A DNA stretch of 64,000 nucleotides, taken from the NCBI GenBank assembly GCA_041396705.1, contig JAWKYB010000017.1, positions 53,865-117,864 of the forward strand, in the 5' to 3' direction. Source of the DNA: Alphaproteobacteria bacterium (GTDB taxonomy: Bacteria > Pseudomonadota > Alphaproteobacteria > CALKHQ01). This document shows positions 48,661 through 59,910 of the stretch, in pieces (the stretch's first letter is position 1; every line of letters begins with the position of its first letter). Made by a program: the position numbers and the translations under genes. The notes beneath the pieces are model-generated. The model was not told the DNA's origin and searched no databases. It saw only the letters and a program-made list of their open reading frames with translations.

Positions 48661-49773
48661 CTAGCGCGCGTCCTCGTCGTCGGCCAGGCGCCGGCGGAAC
48701 AGTGCCACGATCGGCTGGCGCACCATGTTGTCCATCGCCCCGGCGAACATGATCACCAGGCCCTGGATCGCGATCACCATCTCGCGGCTGATGTCCGGCA
48801 TCTCGAACTGCAGCTCGGTGCCGCCCTGGTACAACGCGCCGAACAGCAGTGCCGCCAGTACGATGCCGACCGGGTGGTTGCGGCCCATCAGCGCCACCGC
48901 GATTCCGACGAAGCCGGCGCCGTTGACATAGTCGTTGATCAGCCGGCCGCTGGCGCCCATCACCTCGTTCAGGGCGATGAAGCCGGCCAGAGCGCCGGAG
49001 ATCAGCATCGCCGTGATGATCACCTTGGTCCGCGAGATGCCGCCGTAGACCGCCGCCGTCTCGTTGGCGCCGACCGCACGCAGCCGATAGCCCCAGCGCG
49101 TGTGCCAGACGAACAGATAGACCAGCACGCAGCAGACCACGGCCCAGACGATGGCCATGTTGACCGGCGTGTTCTTGAACAGCGCGCCCAGCTCGCCCGG
49201 CAGCTCGCTCAGCTTCGGCATCCGCGCCTCGGGCGCGAAGGCGCGCGTCTCCGGGCTCATCTTGCCGGGCTCGCGGAACACGTTGACCAGCAGGTAGTTC
49301 ATCAGCGACCAGGCGATGAAGTTGAACATGATGGTCGTGATGACGATGTGGCTGCCGCGCTTGGCCTGGAACAGCGCCGGCAGGAAGGCCCAGCCGGCGC
49401 CGAACAGGGCGGCCGCGACGATCGCCGCCGGCAGGATCAGCACGAAGGGCAGGCCCTCCATGTGCAGGCAGACCAGCGCCACGCCCAGGCCGGCGACATA
49501 GGCTTGGCCCTCGCCGCCGATGTTGAACAGGCCGCAGTGGAACGCCACCGCGACCGCCAGCCCGGCGAAGATGAAGTTGGTGGTGTAGAACAGGGTGAAG
49601 CCCAGGTTGTAGCCGTCGCCGATGGCGCCGACGACGAGGTACTCCACCGCCTCCAGCGGATTCTGGCCGATCACCAGCACGATCACGCCGGAAATCAGGA
49701 AGGCGATCACCACGCTGAGCAGCGGCACCAGGCCGATGTCGACCCAGCGCGGCATGGCCCGGGCGGCGCTCAC
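48661..49773 (-). CDS. ABC transporter permease (BMP/nucleoside-type, YufP-like)
   Basis: The 370-aa polytopic membrane protein has a start that overlaps the ATPase stop. Confidence 0.88.
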   Translation of the reverse strand: MSAARAMPRWVDIGLVPLLSVVIAFLISGVIVLVIGQNPLEAVEYLVVGAIGDGYNLGFTLFYTTNFIFAGLAVAVAFHCGLFNIGGEGQAYVAGLGVALVCLHMEGLPFVLILPAAIVAAALFGAGWAFLPALFQAKRGSHIVITTIMFNFIAWSLMNYLLVNVFREPGKMSPETRAFAPEARMPKLSELPGELGALFKNTPVNMAIVWAVVCCVLVYLFVWHTRWGYRLRAVGANETAAVYGGISRTKVIITAMLISGALAGFIALNEVMGASGRLINDYVNGAGFVGIAVALMGRNHPVGIVLAALLFGALYQGGTELQFEMPDISREMVIAIQGLVIMFAGAMDNMVRQPIVALFRRRLADDEDAR

Positions 49774-51353
49774 GCGGCCTGCTCCTCGTTCGGGTTGATG
49801 CCGGCCATCATCAGGCCCAGCGTGCGCTCGTCGGCCGCGGCGCCGGCGACCTCGCCGACGATACGGCCGTCGAACATCACCAGGATGCGGTCGCTGAGGC
49901 TCATGATCTCGTCGAGCTCGACGGAGACCAGCAGCACCGCCGCGCCGGCATCGCGCATCGCGATCAGTTGCTTGTGGATGAACTCGATCGCGCCGATATC
50001 CACGCCGCGCGTCGGCTGGCCGACCAGCAGCAGCTCCGGGTTGCGGCTGATCTCGCGCGCCAGCACCAGCTTCTGCTGGTTGCCGCCGGAGAAGTTGGCC
50101 GCCTTCAGCCGCGGGTTCGGCGGGCGCACGTCGAACCGCTCCATCTGCTCGGCGCAGGTGGCGATGATCGCCTTCCAGTCCAGCAACGGGCCGCGGGCGT
50201 AGGCCGGGTTGTCGTCATAGCCCAGGATCGTGCACTCGTTGGCCTCGAACGCGGTCACCAGGCCTTCGCGGTGGCGGTCCTCCGGCACGTGGGCCATGCC
50301 CTTGTGCCGCATCGCGCGGGCATCGAGGTGCATCTGCGGCGTGACCGTGTCGTCCTTGATACGGAAGGCACCGGAGGTGAACGGCGACACGCCGGCCAGC
50401 GCCGACAGCAGCGCCGACTGGCCGTTGCCGGACACGCCGGCGATGCCGACGATCTCGCCCGCACGGACGTCGAAGCTGATGCTGCGCACGCGCTCGACGC
50501 CCAGGCCGTCGACCACGCGCAGATTCTCCACCGCCAGCACGACGTCGCCCGGGTTGGCCGGGCCTTTCTCCACCCGCAGCAGCACCTTGCGGCCGACCAT
50601 CAGTTCGGCCAGTTCCTCGCGATTGGTGTCGCCGGTGCGCCGGTCGGCGACCATCTCGCCGCGCCGCATCACCGAGACGTTGTCGGTGATCGCCATGATC
50701 TCGCGCAGCTTGTGGGTGATCAGGATGACGGTCTTGCCCTGCTCCTTCAGCGTGGCGAGGATGCGGAACAGGTGGTCGGCCTCCTGCGGCGTCAGCACGC
50801 CGGTCGGCTCGTCCAGGATCAGGATCTCGGCGCCGCGGTAGAGCGCCTTCAGGATCTCCACCCGCTGCTGCACGCCGACCGGCAGGTCGCCGACCACGGC
50901 GTCGGGGTCGACCTCCAGGCTGTATTCGCGCTCCAGCCGCTGCAGCTCGGCCCGGGTCTGCTCGACGCCCTTGCGCAGGACGGCGCCGCCCTCCGCGCCC
51001 AGCATGATGTTCTCCAGGACGGTGAACGGCTCGACCAGCATGAAGTGCTGGTGGACCATGCCGATGCCGGCGGCGATGGCATCGGACGACGCGTTGATCC
51101 TGACCGGCCGGCCGTCGATGCGGATCTCGCCCGCGTCGGCCTGGTAGAAGCCGTACAGGATGCTCATCAGCGTCGACTTGCCGGCGCCGTTCTCGCCGAT
51201 GATGCCGTGGATGGTGCCGCGCGGCACCGCCAGGTTGATGTCCTTGTTGGCGTGCACCGGCCCGAAGCGCTTGTCGATGCCGACAAGCTCGATGGCATAG
51301 GCGCCGCCGGCGGAGGCGTTTCCTCCGCCGGCGGACTCATGGGGCGCGGTCAT
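49770..51353 (-). CDS. ABC transporter ATP-binding protein, duplicated ATPase domains
   Basis: It has two Walker A sites (GENGAGKST and GVSGNGQS) and signature motifs (LSGGNQQK-like). Confidence 0.93.
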   Translation of the reverse strand: MTAPHESAGGGNASAGGAYAIELVGIDKRFGPVHANKDINLAVPRGTIHGIIGENGAGKSTLMSILYGFYQADAGEIRIDGRPVRINASSDAIAAGIGMVHQHFMLVEPFTVLENIMLGAEGGAVLRKGVEQTRAELQRLEREYSLEVDPDAVVGDLPVGVQQRVEILKALYRGAEILILDEPTGVLTPQEADHLFRILATLKEQGKTVILITHKLREIMAITDNVSVMRRGEMVADRRTGDTNREELAELMVGRKVLLRVEKGPANPGDVVLAVENLRVVDGLGVERVRSISFDVRAGEIVGIAGVSGNGQSALLSALAGVSPFTSGAFRIKDDTVTPQMHLDARAMRHKGMAHVPEDRHREGLVTAFEANECTILGYDDNPAYARGPLLDWKAIIATCAEQMERFDVRPPNPRLKAANFSGGNQQKLVLAREISRNPELLLVGQPTRGVDIGAIEFIHKQLIAMRDAGAAVLLVSVELDEIMSLSDRILVMFDGRIVGEVAGAAADERTLGLMMAGINPNEEQAA

Positions 51354-51385
51354 CGCTCAGGATGACGGTCGCGAAGCGCGGCCGC

Positions 51386-52381
51386 TCAATAGGTGCAGGT
51401 TTCGTCGGACATGTAGTCGTGGACGCTGAGCTCGCCGGAGATGATGGCCTCCGACGCGGCGTCGACCGCGGCGATCATGTCCTCGGTGATCATCGACTGG
51501 TTGTGCTCGTCCAGCGCCCAGCCCACGCCGTCCTCGGCCAGGCCGAGCACCTGGATGCCGGGCTGCCAGGTGCCTTCGTAGGCGCTCTTGAAGGCGTTGT
51601 AGGCGGCCACGTCGACCCGCTTCAGCATCGAGGTCAGCATGGTGCCCGGGTGCAGGTAGTTCTGGTTCGAATCGACGCCGATCGCCAGCTTGCCGGCTTC
51701 CTCGGCCGCCTGGTAGACGCCCAGGCCGGTGCCGCCCGCCGCGGCATAGACCACATCGGCGCCGCTGTCGAACTGGCTGCGGGCCAGCTCGCCGCCGCGG
51801 CCCGGGTCGTTCCACGCCGCCGGCGTGGTGCCGGTCATGTTCTGCAGCACGGTGATGTCCGGGTTGACGTACATGGCGCCCTGCTCGTAGCCGCACTCGA
51901 ACTTGCGGATCAGCGGGATGTCCATGCCGCCGACGAAGCCGACACTGCCGGTCTGGCTGGCCATCGCCGCCAGCATGCCGACCAGGAACGAGCCTTCCTG
52001 CTCCTTGAACACCACCGACTGCACGTTCGGCAGGTCGACAACCATGTCGATGATGGTGAACTTGGTGTCGGGGAACTCCTGCGCCACCACTTCCAGCGCC
52101 GGGGCCTGGGCGAAGCCGACCGCGATCACGATCTCGGCGCCGTCGCGTGCCATGCGCCGCAGCGCCTGCTCGCGCTGGGATTCGTTGGTGACCTCGAATT
52201 CCATGTATTCGATGCCGGTCTCGGCCTTGAACTGCTCGAGGCCGTTGTAGATGCCCTCGTTGAACGACCGGTCGAACTTGCCGCCCATGTCGAACACGAC
52301 CGCGGCCGAGAAGTCCTGCGCCACGGCCGGCGTGAACGACAATCCGGTGGCGGCGACCGCCGCCAACAGCATGTTTCGCAT
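51386..52381 (-). CDS. BMP-family (PnrA/Med-like) ABC substrate-binding protein
   Basis: The signal peptide is MRNMLLAAVAATGLSFTPAVAQD. FDRSFNEG and GFVGGMDIPLI are present. Start is ATG 52381. Confidence 0.9.
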   Translation of the reverse strand: MRNMLLAAVAATGLSFTPAVAQDFSAAVVFDMGGKFDRSFNEGIYNGLEQFKAETGIEYMEFEVTNESQREQALRRMARDGAEIVIAVGFAQAPALEVVAQEFPDTKFTIIDMVVDLPNVQSVVFKEQEGSFLVGMLAAMASQTGSVGFVGGMDIPLIRKFECGYEQGAMYVNPDITVLQNMTGTTPAAWNDPGRGGELARSQFDSGADVVYAAAGGTGLGVYQAAEEAGKLAIGVDSNQNYLHPGTMLTSMLKRVDVAAYNAFKSAYEGTWQPGIQVLGLAEDGVGWALDEHNQSMITEDMIAAVDAASEAIISGELSVHDYMSDETCTY

Positions 52382-52471
52382 CGAAGCACCCCCTGTATGA
52401 TGTTCGTGATCGCGCATCTTAAGCATATGCCGCTGCGCCGCGAAACGACGTTTGCGCGGCGCGGGCCGGGC

Positions 52472-52789
52472 TCAGTTGCAGGGACCGAACAGGATTCCGA
52501 AGCCGCGCAGCACCTGCAGCGCGCCGAGCGCGGCCACGACGATGCCCAGCCCGTAGCGCAGCACGGGCGCCGTCCGCACCTCGACCATGGGGCCGCGGCC
52601 CTGCAGCATCGCTGCCGGCGGCCAGGATCGCGATCGCGCCGCCGACCACGGCGGCGATGTCGAAATAGCTGCAGGTGGTGCCGCCGGGGCCGAGCTGGTG
52701 CTGAGGAACGAGATGTTGAAGACGAACGGGATCAGTCCCGCGACCAGCCCGACCTTCAGGCCGGTCGGTGTCTCCCGCCAGATGTTCAT
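52472..52789 (-). CDS. hypothetical small membrane protein
   Basis: From ATG 52789 the ORF gives two hydrophobic segments (GLKVGLVAGLIPFVFNISFL and YGLGIVVAALGALQVL) joined by an Ala/Pro/Ser linker. The linker reads more like a TM helix in another frame (see the rejected list). Confidence 0.35.
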   Translation of the reverse strand: MNIWRETPTGLKVGLVAGLIPFVFNISFLSTSSAPAAPPAAISTSPPWSAARSRSWPPAAMLQGRGPMVEVRTAPVLRYGLGIVVAALGALQVLRGFGILFGPCN

Positions 52790-52885
52790 GCTGCCCCCGC
52801 CGGTTCTTGTGCGGACGGCGTTGCGCCGCCCCATTGCGGCCGGACTATTTCAGATTCTGCAACAATCGGCCAGTCCGTCGCACGA

Positions 52886-53716
52886 TTATGCCTCGTCGAC
52901 GACCTCGACGCGCTCGATCCAACCGGGGTCGACGTCGGGCAGCGGGGCGGCGGCGAGCAGCCGGCGGGTATAGGGGTGCTGCGGGCGGGCGAATACGTCG
53001 GCGCAGCGCCCGTGCTCGACCACCACGCCGCGGTACAGCACCATCACCCGGTCGCACAGCACCCGCACCACCGAGAGGTCGTGGCTGATGAAGATCAGCG
53101 CCAGCCCCAGTTCCTGCCGCAGCCGGCGCAGCAGTGCCAGGATCTGCGCCTGGCTGGAAACGTCGAGGCCGGAGACGATCTCGTCGGCGACCACCAGTTC
53201 CGGTTCCAGAGCGATGGCGCGGGCGATGCCGACGCGCTGGCGCTGGCCGCCGGACAGCTCGTGCGGAAAGCGCGTGGCGAACGCGGCCGGCAGGCCGACC
53301 TGGGTCAGCAGCCGCGCCGCCGCCTCGCGCTTCGCCGCGCGCGACGGCAGCCGGCCGAAGGCGGCGAGCGGGCGGGTCACGATGCTGCCGATGCGCTGGC
53401 GCGGGTTCAGCGCCGACAGCGGATCCTGGAAGATGATCTGCATCCGCGCCCGCAGCGGCCGCAGCGCCTCCTCGTCGAGCCCGGTGATATCGATACCATC
53501 GAACAGGATACGCCCGGCGGTGGGGCGGTACAGCCGCAGCAGCGTACGGCCGAGCGAGGTCTTGCCTGAGCCGGATTCGCCGACCAGGCCCATCGTCTCG
53601 CCGCGGCCCAGGCTGAAGTCGACGTCGGTCAGGATGTCGAGCATCGGGCGCGGGCCGAAGCCGGCGCGCACCGTGCGGTCGGGCAGGGCGAGGCCCAGCC
53701 CTTCGACCCGCAGCAT
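52886..53716 (-). CDS. orphan ABC ATPase of the oligopeptide/dipeptide (OppF/DppF) type
   Basis: Walker A is GESGSGKTS, the signature is LSGGQRQRVGIARA, and Walker B is LVVADE. The C-terminal HPYTRRLL motif is present. Start is ATG 53716. Confidence 0.88.
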   Translation of the reverse strand: MLRVEGLGLALPDRTVRAGFGPRPMLDILTDVDFSLGRGETMGLVGESGSGKTSLGRTLLRLYRPTAGRILFDGIDITGLDEEALRPLRARMQIIFQDPLSALNPRQRIGSIVTRPLAAFGRLPSRAAKREAAARLLTQVGLPAAFATRFPHELSGGQRQRVGIARAIALEPELVVADEIVSGLDVSSQAQILALLRRLRQELGLALIFISHDLSVVRVLCDRVMVLYRGVVVEHGRCADVFARPQHPYTRRLLAAAPLPDVDPGWIERVEVVDEA

Positions 53717-54550
53717 GGCGTTGCCGCCGGTCGCCGCCGGCTGCGCTGCCGGGGCGGGCGCCACGATGGCGCGCAGGCCCGCCGCCGCCCGCTCAGCCGG
53801 CGGAGTCGCCGCCGGCCTGCTCCTCGGCCAATGCCGCGAGATAGGACGCCGCCGCCGACAGGGCCGCGTCGGCCTCGATCCCGGCCAGCAGTGCGTCGAG
53901 CTTGGCATCGTCCTCGGCCGCCAGCAGCGGGCTGTAGACCTCCAGCGCGCGCCACCAGGCGTCGAGGATCAGCATGTCCGGCTTGGATTCCGGCGTGCCG
54001 CCGATGCGGGCGGCCATCTCCTCCAGCGTCCGGTACAGCGCGCCGGCGCGCTCGATGTCGCCCTCGTCGCCATAGTCGGCGACCTGGTTGACCGCGGCCT
54101 TGGCGAAGCGCAGCCGCATCTCCGGCAGGGCGCCCGGCGAGGCGGCGAGCCGGCGCAGGTCGCCGAACACCTTGTCGGCATCGGCGGCCTTGCCGGCCTG
54201 CTGCAGCAGCACGAACAGGTTGAACGCCCCGCGCGACAGTTCCAGCTTGGTCTCCGGCAGCGCCTCCTGCGAGGTCGCGATCCGCATCAGCTCGTCATAG
54301 GCGGCCCTGGCGTCCGAGAACTGGTTGGCCTTGCCGTACTGCAGGATCTTGTCGACCTGCATCGTTGCCTTGTTCAGCATCGCATTCTTCTCCACGTCGG
54401 CGCCGACGGCCGGCGTATCCGGCCTGTCGAGCGGGCCGGCGGGGGTGGGTCCGGCAGCGGGGCCGCCCAGGCCGGCGACCATCCTGGTCACCGCATCCGC
54501 GATCTGGGCCGCCTTGCCTTCGCCGGACTCGGTAGCGGCGGCCGCCTCGG

Positions 54551-56044
<1,494 letters not shown>

Positions 56045-56206
56045 GGCCGACCCTTTCCCCCGCGCTTGGTTTGGCGACGGTGTAGCCGTTCGGCGCGAGC
56101 GCTGGCAAGGAATCCGCTTCGCCTTTACCCGGCGTTAGCATCTTGGCAAGCCGCGCCGATGCATGGTGTCCGCCTTCGCAACCGTTCGCCAGAAGGGAGG
56201 AACGGC

Positions 56207-57133
56207 ATGGGGCAGGCAGTCCGAACCGCCGTTGCGGCGGCGCTCGCGGCCTGGTGCGCCGCACCGGTGACGGCGGCGCTGGCCGAGGACGATTTCTGCG
56301 GCACGACGCAGCAACGCATCGCCGAGGGCGGCGCCACCATCCAGCTGCTGTTCGGCAACGACGACCGCGACACCCAGAACAGCAGCCGCTATCCATGGTC
56401 GGCGATCGGCCTGCTGGCCACACCGCTCAACAGCTGCTCCGGCACGTTGGTCGGCGACGCGGTGGTGCTGACCGCGGCCCATTGCGTGACCGATTATCTG
56501 CTCGGCGCCATTGCCGTCTCCGACATCCATTTCTACGCCGGCTATCAGGATCGCCACATGGTCGCCGACGCGGCGGCGCTGGACGTGGTGGTGGCGCCGG
56601 GCTACGTGCCCTCGCACGACGGGCCGATGAGTCCGCCGAGCACCGACTGGGCCTTCGTGCTGCTCGACCGCCCGATCGGCGAGCGGGCGGGCACGATACC
56701 GGTGCGCGACCTCGACGAGGACGCGCTCTACTATGCCGCGCGCGGTCGCTGGGGGCGGATCAGCCAGGGCGGCTACAGCATCGACCAGCCCGACCACCTC
56801 AGCGCCCATGTCGACTGCCGGGTGACGGGCTATCACGACGGCGGCTGGCTGGAGCATCGCTGCGACACGGTGCCGGGCGATTCGGGCTCGCCGCTGTTCG
56901 TCGAGCGCGATGGCGGCACCTTCGTGTTCGCCGTGGCCTCGGCGATGCACTGCGTGCGCGACGGCGAGGCGGTCTCGAACTCCGCCGCCGACGCACGCGC
57001 CTTTTTCGATACGTACCAGATGCTGGTCGCCGGCCGCAGCGGCACGGCGGCTGCGCCGCCGCCGGCGGTGGTGTCGCGCCCGACCGCGTCGGGCCCGCGC
57101 ATCGTGCGCATCTGCGAGAACGGTCCCTGCTGA
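56207..57133 (+). CDS. secreted trypsin-like (S1, V8/Glu-endopeptidase-type) serine protease
   Basis: The signal peptide is MGQAVRTAVAAALAAWCAAPVTAALA. The catalytic motifs TAAHC and GDSGSP are present. Start is ATG 56207, with GGGAGG upstream. Confidence 0.85.
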   Translation: MGQAVRTAVAAALAAWCAAPVTAALAEDDFCGTTQQRIAEGGATIQLLFGNDDRDTQNSSRYPWSAIGLLATPLNSCSGTLVGDAVVLTAAHCVTDYLLGAIAVSDIHFYAGYQDRHMVADAAALDVVVAPGYVPSHDGPMSPPSTDWAFVLLDRPIGERAGTIPVRDLDEDALYYAARGRWGRISQGGYSIDQPDHLSAHVDCRVTGYHDGGWLEHRCDTVPGDSGSPLFVERDGGTFVFAVASAMHCVRDGEAVSNSAADARAFFDTYQMLVAGRSGTAAAPPPAVVSRPTASGPRIVRICENGPC

Positions 57134-57228
57134 ACCGATCGGCCGGTCGCGCCGACGGGACTTGACTTTGTCCGGCGGCGGGCCACCCTCGGCGCCCCGG
57201 TCTTCACGCGCAAGTTGACGAGGGCAAG

Positions 57229-58149
57229 ATGCAGGCACTGATCGCGCGCGCCGCCGCACCAATCGCGGCCGCCGTCGCATTCGCCATGGCCGCCGCGGGC
57301 GCCATGGCCCAGGACACAATCGGCATCGTCGTCTACCAGACCGATTTCGGCCTGAAGGACGGCGCCGTCTCGGAAATGAAGGGGGTGGCCGTCGGCGTCG
57401 ACCCGACGCTGCGGCTGGAGGACCTGACCCACGAGATCCCGGCCTTCGACATCTGGGAGGCGGCCTATCGCCTGAACCAGACCGTGCCCTACTGGCCGGC
57501 CGGCACCGTGTTCGTCTCGGTGGTCGACCCCGGCGTCGGCACCGACCGCAAGTCGGTCGTCGCCCGCCTGGACAGCGGCCACTATGTGGTCACGCCCGAC
57601 AACGGCACGCTGACCCTGCTCGCCGACAGCCTGGGCCTGGCCGAGGTGCGCGAGATCGACGAGGCGAGCAACCGGCTGCCCGGCTCGGAGGATTCGTTCA
57701 CCTTCCACGGCCGCGACGTCTATTCCTACACCGCCGCGCGGCTGGCGTCGGGCACCATCGGCTTCGAGCAGGTAGGCCCGTCGCTGGGCACCGCGCACGA
57801 GGCGATCGCCTATCAGCAGCCGGCCTTCGCCGACGGCGTGCTCAGCGGCACCGTCCCGGTGCTCGACGTCCAGTACGGCAACGTCTGGACCAACATCGAC
57901 ATGGCCACCTTCGACCGGCTCGGCGCCGCGCTGGGCGACGTGCTCAACGTCGCCATCGCGCACGAGGGCACCCAGGTCTACCAGGGCGCGATTCCCTACG
58001 TGACCACGTTCGGCGACGTGCCCGAGGGCGACCCGCTGATCTATTTCAACAGCCTGGGCAACCTGTCATTCGCCCTCAACTACGACGATTTCGCCGGAAC
58101 CTTCGGCATCGAGTCCGGGCCGGCGTGGTCGGTGACGGTCTCGAAATAG
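57229..58149 (+). CDS. DUF62 / SAM hydroxide adenosyltransferase (chlorinase/fluorinase superfamily) with an N-terminal signal peptide
   Basis: YQTDFGLKDGAVSEMKGV, VVDPGVGT, TPDNGTL, TFHGRDV and YGNVWTNI are present. The N-terminus AAVAFAMAAAGAMA-QD looks like a cleavable signal. Confidence 0.8.
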   Translation: MQALIARAAAPIAAAVAFAMAAAGAMAQDTIGIVVYQTDFGLKDGAVSEMKGVAVGVDPTLRLEDLTHEIPAFDIWEAAYRLNQTVPYWPAGTVFVSVVDPGVGTDRKSVVARLDSGHYVVTPDNGTLTLLADSLGLAEVREIDEASNRLPGSEDSFTFHGRDVYSYTAARLASGTIGFEQVGPSLGTAHEAIAYQQPAFADGVLSGTVPVLDVQYGNVWTNIDMATFDRLGAALGDVLNVAIAHEGTQVYQGAIPYVTTFGDVPEGDPLIYFNSLGNLSFALNYDDFAGTFGIESGPAWSVTVSK

Positions 58150-58195
58150 GCGGCCGGGGGCGCGGTCGCGACGGTGCCGCCCGGGGCGCGCACTG

Positions 58196-59050
58196 ATGCG
58201 CGCCACCGGCTGGATGCCCTATGCCGCGGTCGCCCTGATCCTGGTGCTGTTCGCCGGCGACCTGGTGTTGATCCGCTCCGGCTATCAGCAATATCGCGAC
58301 GAGGCCGACCAGCCGCCCGACGAGCTGGTCTGCGGCATCAGCCAGCGCAGCCTGGCCGCGGGCGCCATCCCCGAGAATTTCCTCGGCGGCGAGGACGACC
58401 GGCGGCTGGTCGGCACGGTCGCCTATCCGTGGTCGGCGATCGGCGTGGTGTTTACCCCGGGCAGCCAGTGCAGCGGGGCACTGATCGGCGACGACCTGGT
58501 GCTGACCGCCGGCCACTGTTTCCCCGGCCTGGCCGAGGGCGCGATCGACGCGTCGGACGTCTGGTTCATCGCCGGCGTCACCTCCGCGGACGCGGTGGCC
58601 GAATCGCGGGCGGAGGCCGTCGCCATCAGCCCGACCTACAACCCGGCGCGCCATTGGCGCCCGTCGACCGACTGGGCGCTGGTCATGCTGGCCGACCCGA
58701 TCGGGCGCGAGGCCGGCTCGCTGCCCGTCGCTTCGCCGCTGCAGGCGGAGCGGGCGCTGGAGAACGGGCCGTTGACCCAGGCCGGCTACAGTACCGACAG
58801 GCCGCTGGACCTGACCGCGCACCAGGGCTGCGCCGCCGATTTCGTCGACCCTCAGGGCTGGTTCACCCACAGCTGCGACGTGCTGCCCGGCGATTCCGGC
58901 TCGCCGATCCTGGCCGAGGTCGACGGCGCGCCGACCATCGTCGGCGTCACCACCAACATCTACTGCCGCGGCGACCGCGGCGCCGACGGCGGTGCCGCGG
59001 CCAGCACCGCGGCGTTCTGGTCGGCCATCCAGGCGGCCGCCAGCCCCTAG
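58196..59050 (+). CDS. membrane-anchored trypsin-like (S1) serine protease, paralogue of 56207..57133
   Basis: The N-terminal TM segment is YAAVALILVLFAGDLVLI. TAGHC and GDSGSP are present, and YPWSAIG is shared with the first protease. Confidence 0.85.
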   Translation: MRATGWMPYAAVALILVLFAGDLVLIRSGYQQYRDEADQPPDELVCGISQRSLAAGAIPENFLGGEDDRRLVGTVAYPWSAIGVVFTPGSQCSGALIGDDLVLTAGHCFPGLAEGAIDASDVWFIAGVTSADAVAESRAEAVAISPTYNPARHWRPSTDWALVMLADPIGREAGSLPVASPLQAERALENGPLTQAGYSTDRPLDLTAHQGCAADFVDPQGWFTHSCDVLPGDSGSPILAEVDGAPTIVGVTTNIYCRGDRGADGGAAASTAAFWSAIQAAASP

Positions 59051-59057
59051 GCCGACT

Positions 59058-59798
59058 TCACGCCACCAGGCTGTAGATGCCGTAGGCCACCGCGGCCGCG
59101 GCGACGGCGAGGCCGGCGAGGATGACATAGGCGCCGCGGGTCATGCCGCGCAGCGCCTTCTTGATCTCGGCGCGGTCGTTGACGTTGGGGAAGGGCTCGT
59201 CGGGCACCGGCACGCCGAGGAATTCGCACAGCGGCGCCCAGCCCTGGTCGACGCTGAACACCAGCAGGCGGTCGGCGGGGACCGCGGCCTTCACCTCTTC
59301 GATGTGCCGGTTGTAGTGCGCGACCGCCGCCGCCCGGTCGGGCATGGTGCCGCGGTGCGAGCGCTGCCAGATCAGCTTGCGCGACATGTCGCCGAACTTG
59401 CGCCCGAACGGCGTGAACAGCGCCAGCACCTTGAACTGCCAGGCCGTCTCGGTGAAGTAGATCGTGTCGATCGTGCTTTCGAACCAGGCGTCGGCGCCGC
59501 GCGGGTGCAGCGTCAGCAGCACCTTGGCGTCGGGGTAGGCTTGCGCCAGTTCGCGCCAGACGCAGCAGGCCGGGTTGTCGATCGCGGCGGCATAGCCGGC
59601 GAACACCCGCTCCCAGTCGTGCTGCGCCCCGGCCGGGCCGTTGGCGACCCGGCGCCAGAAGTCGAGATGGTCCTTGTTGGCCTTGTTCCGCACCACCTCG
59701 ATCATGTGATAGCAGGGCAGGCCCAGCCGGTTGAGAGCGACGTAGGTCGACATCGTGCCGGTGCGGCCGAAGCCGGCGCCGATCAGTTGGAGAGCCAT
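59058..59798 (-). CDS. sulfotransferase-family protein with a C-terminal TM anchor
   Basis: The N-terminus IGAGFGRTGT is a PAPS 5'-phosphosulfate-binding-loop-like motif. The C-terminal segment YVILAGLAVAAAAVAYGIYSLVA is hydrophobic. Start is ATG 59798. Confidence 0.7.
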   Translation of the reverse strand: MALQLIGAGFGRTGTMSTYVALNRLGLPCYHMIEVVRNKANKDHLDFWRRVANGPAGAQHDWERVFAGYAAAIDNPACCVWRELAQAYPDAKVLLTLHPRGADAWFESTIDTIYFTETAWQFKVLALFTPFGRKFGDMSRKLIWQRSHRGTMPDRAAAVAHYNRHIEEVKAAVPADRLLVFSVDQGWAPLCEFLGVPVPDEPFPNVNDRAEIKKALRGMTRGAYVILAGLAVAAAAVAYGIYSLVA

Positions 59799-59910
59799 GA
59801 TTGCCGTCCGGTGACTGTGCCAGGGCGCCCGCTGCGCCACGTCCGGCCTTGACTCATAGCCGGTGCGCGGCCGTTGTCACGCCGCATCGCTGCGGCGGGC
59901 GTGACGGCCG

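Noticed and set aside
52472-52834. A possible double (compensating) frameshift in the small membrane ORF. An alternative minus-strand frame over ~52620-52700 reads ...GGTTCSYFDIAAVVGGAIAILAAG, which looks like a TM helix.
   Set aside because: The annotated frame is already open and plausible as a two-TM protein with a linker. Protein-like strings in alternative frames are common at this GC content. I cannot decide without homologues.
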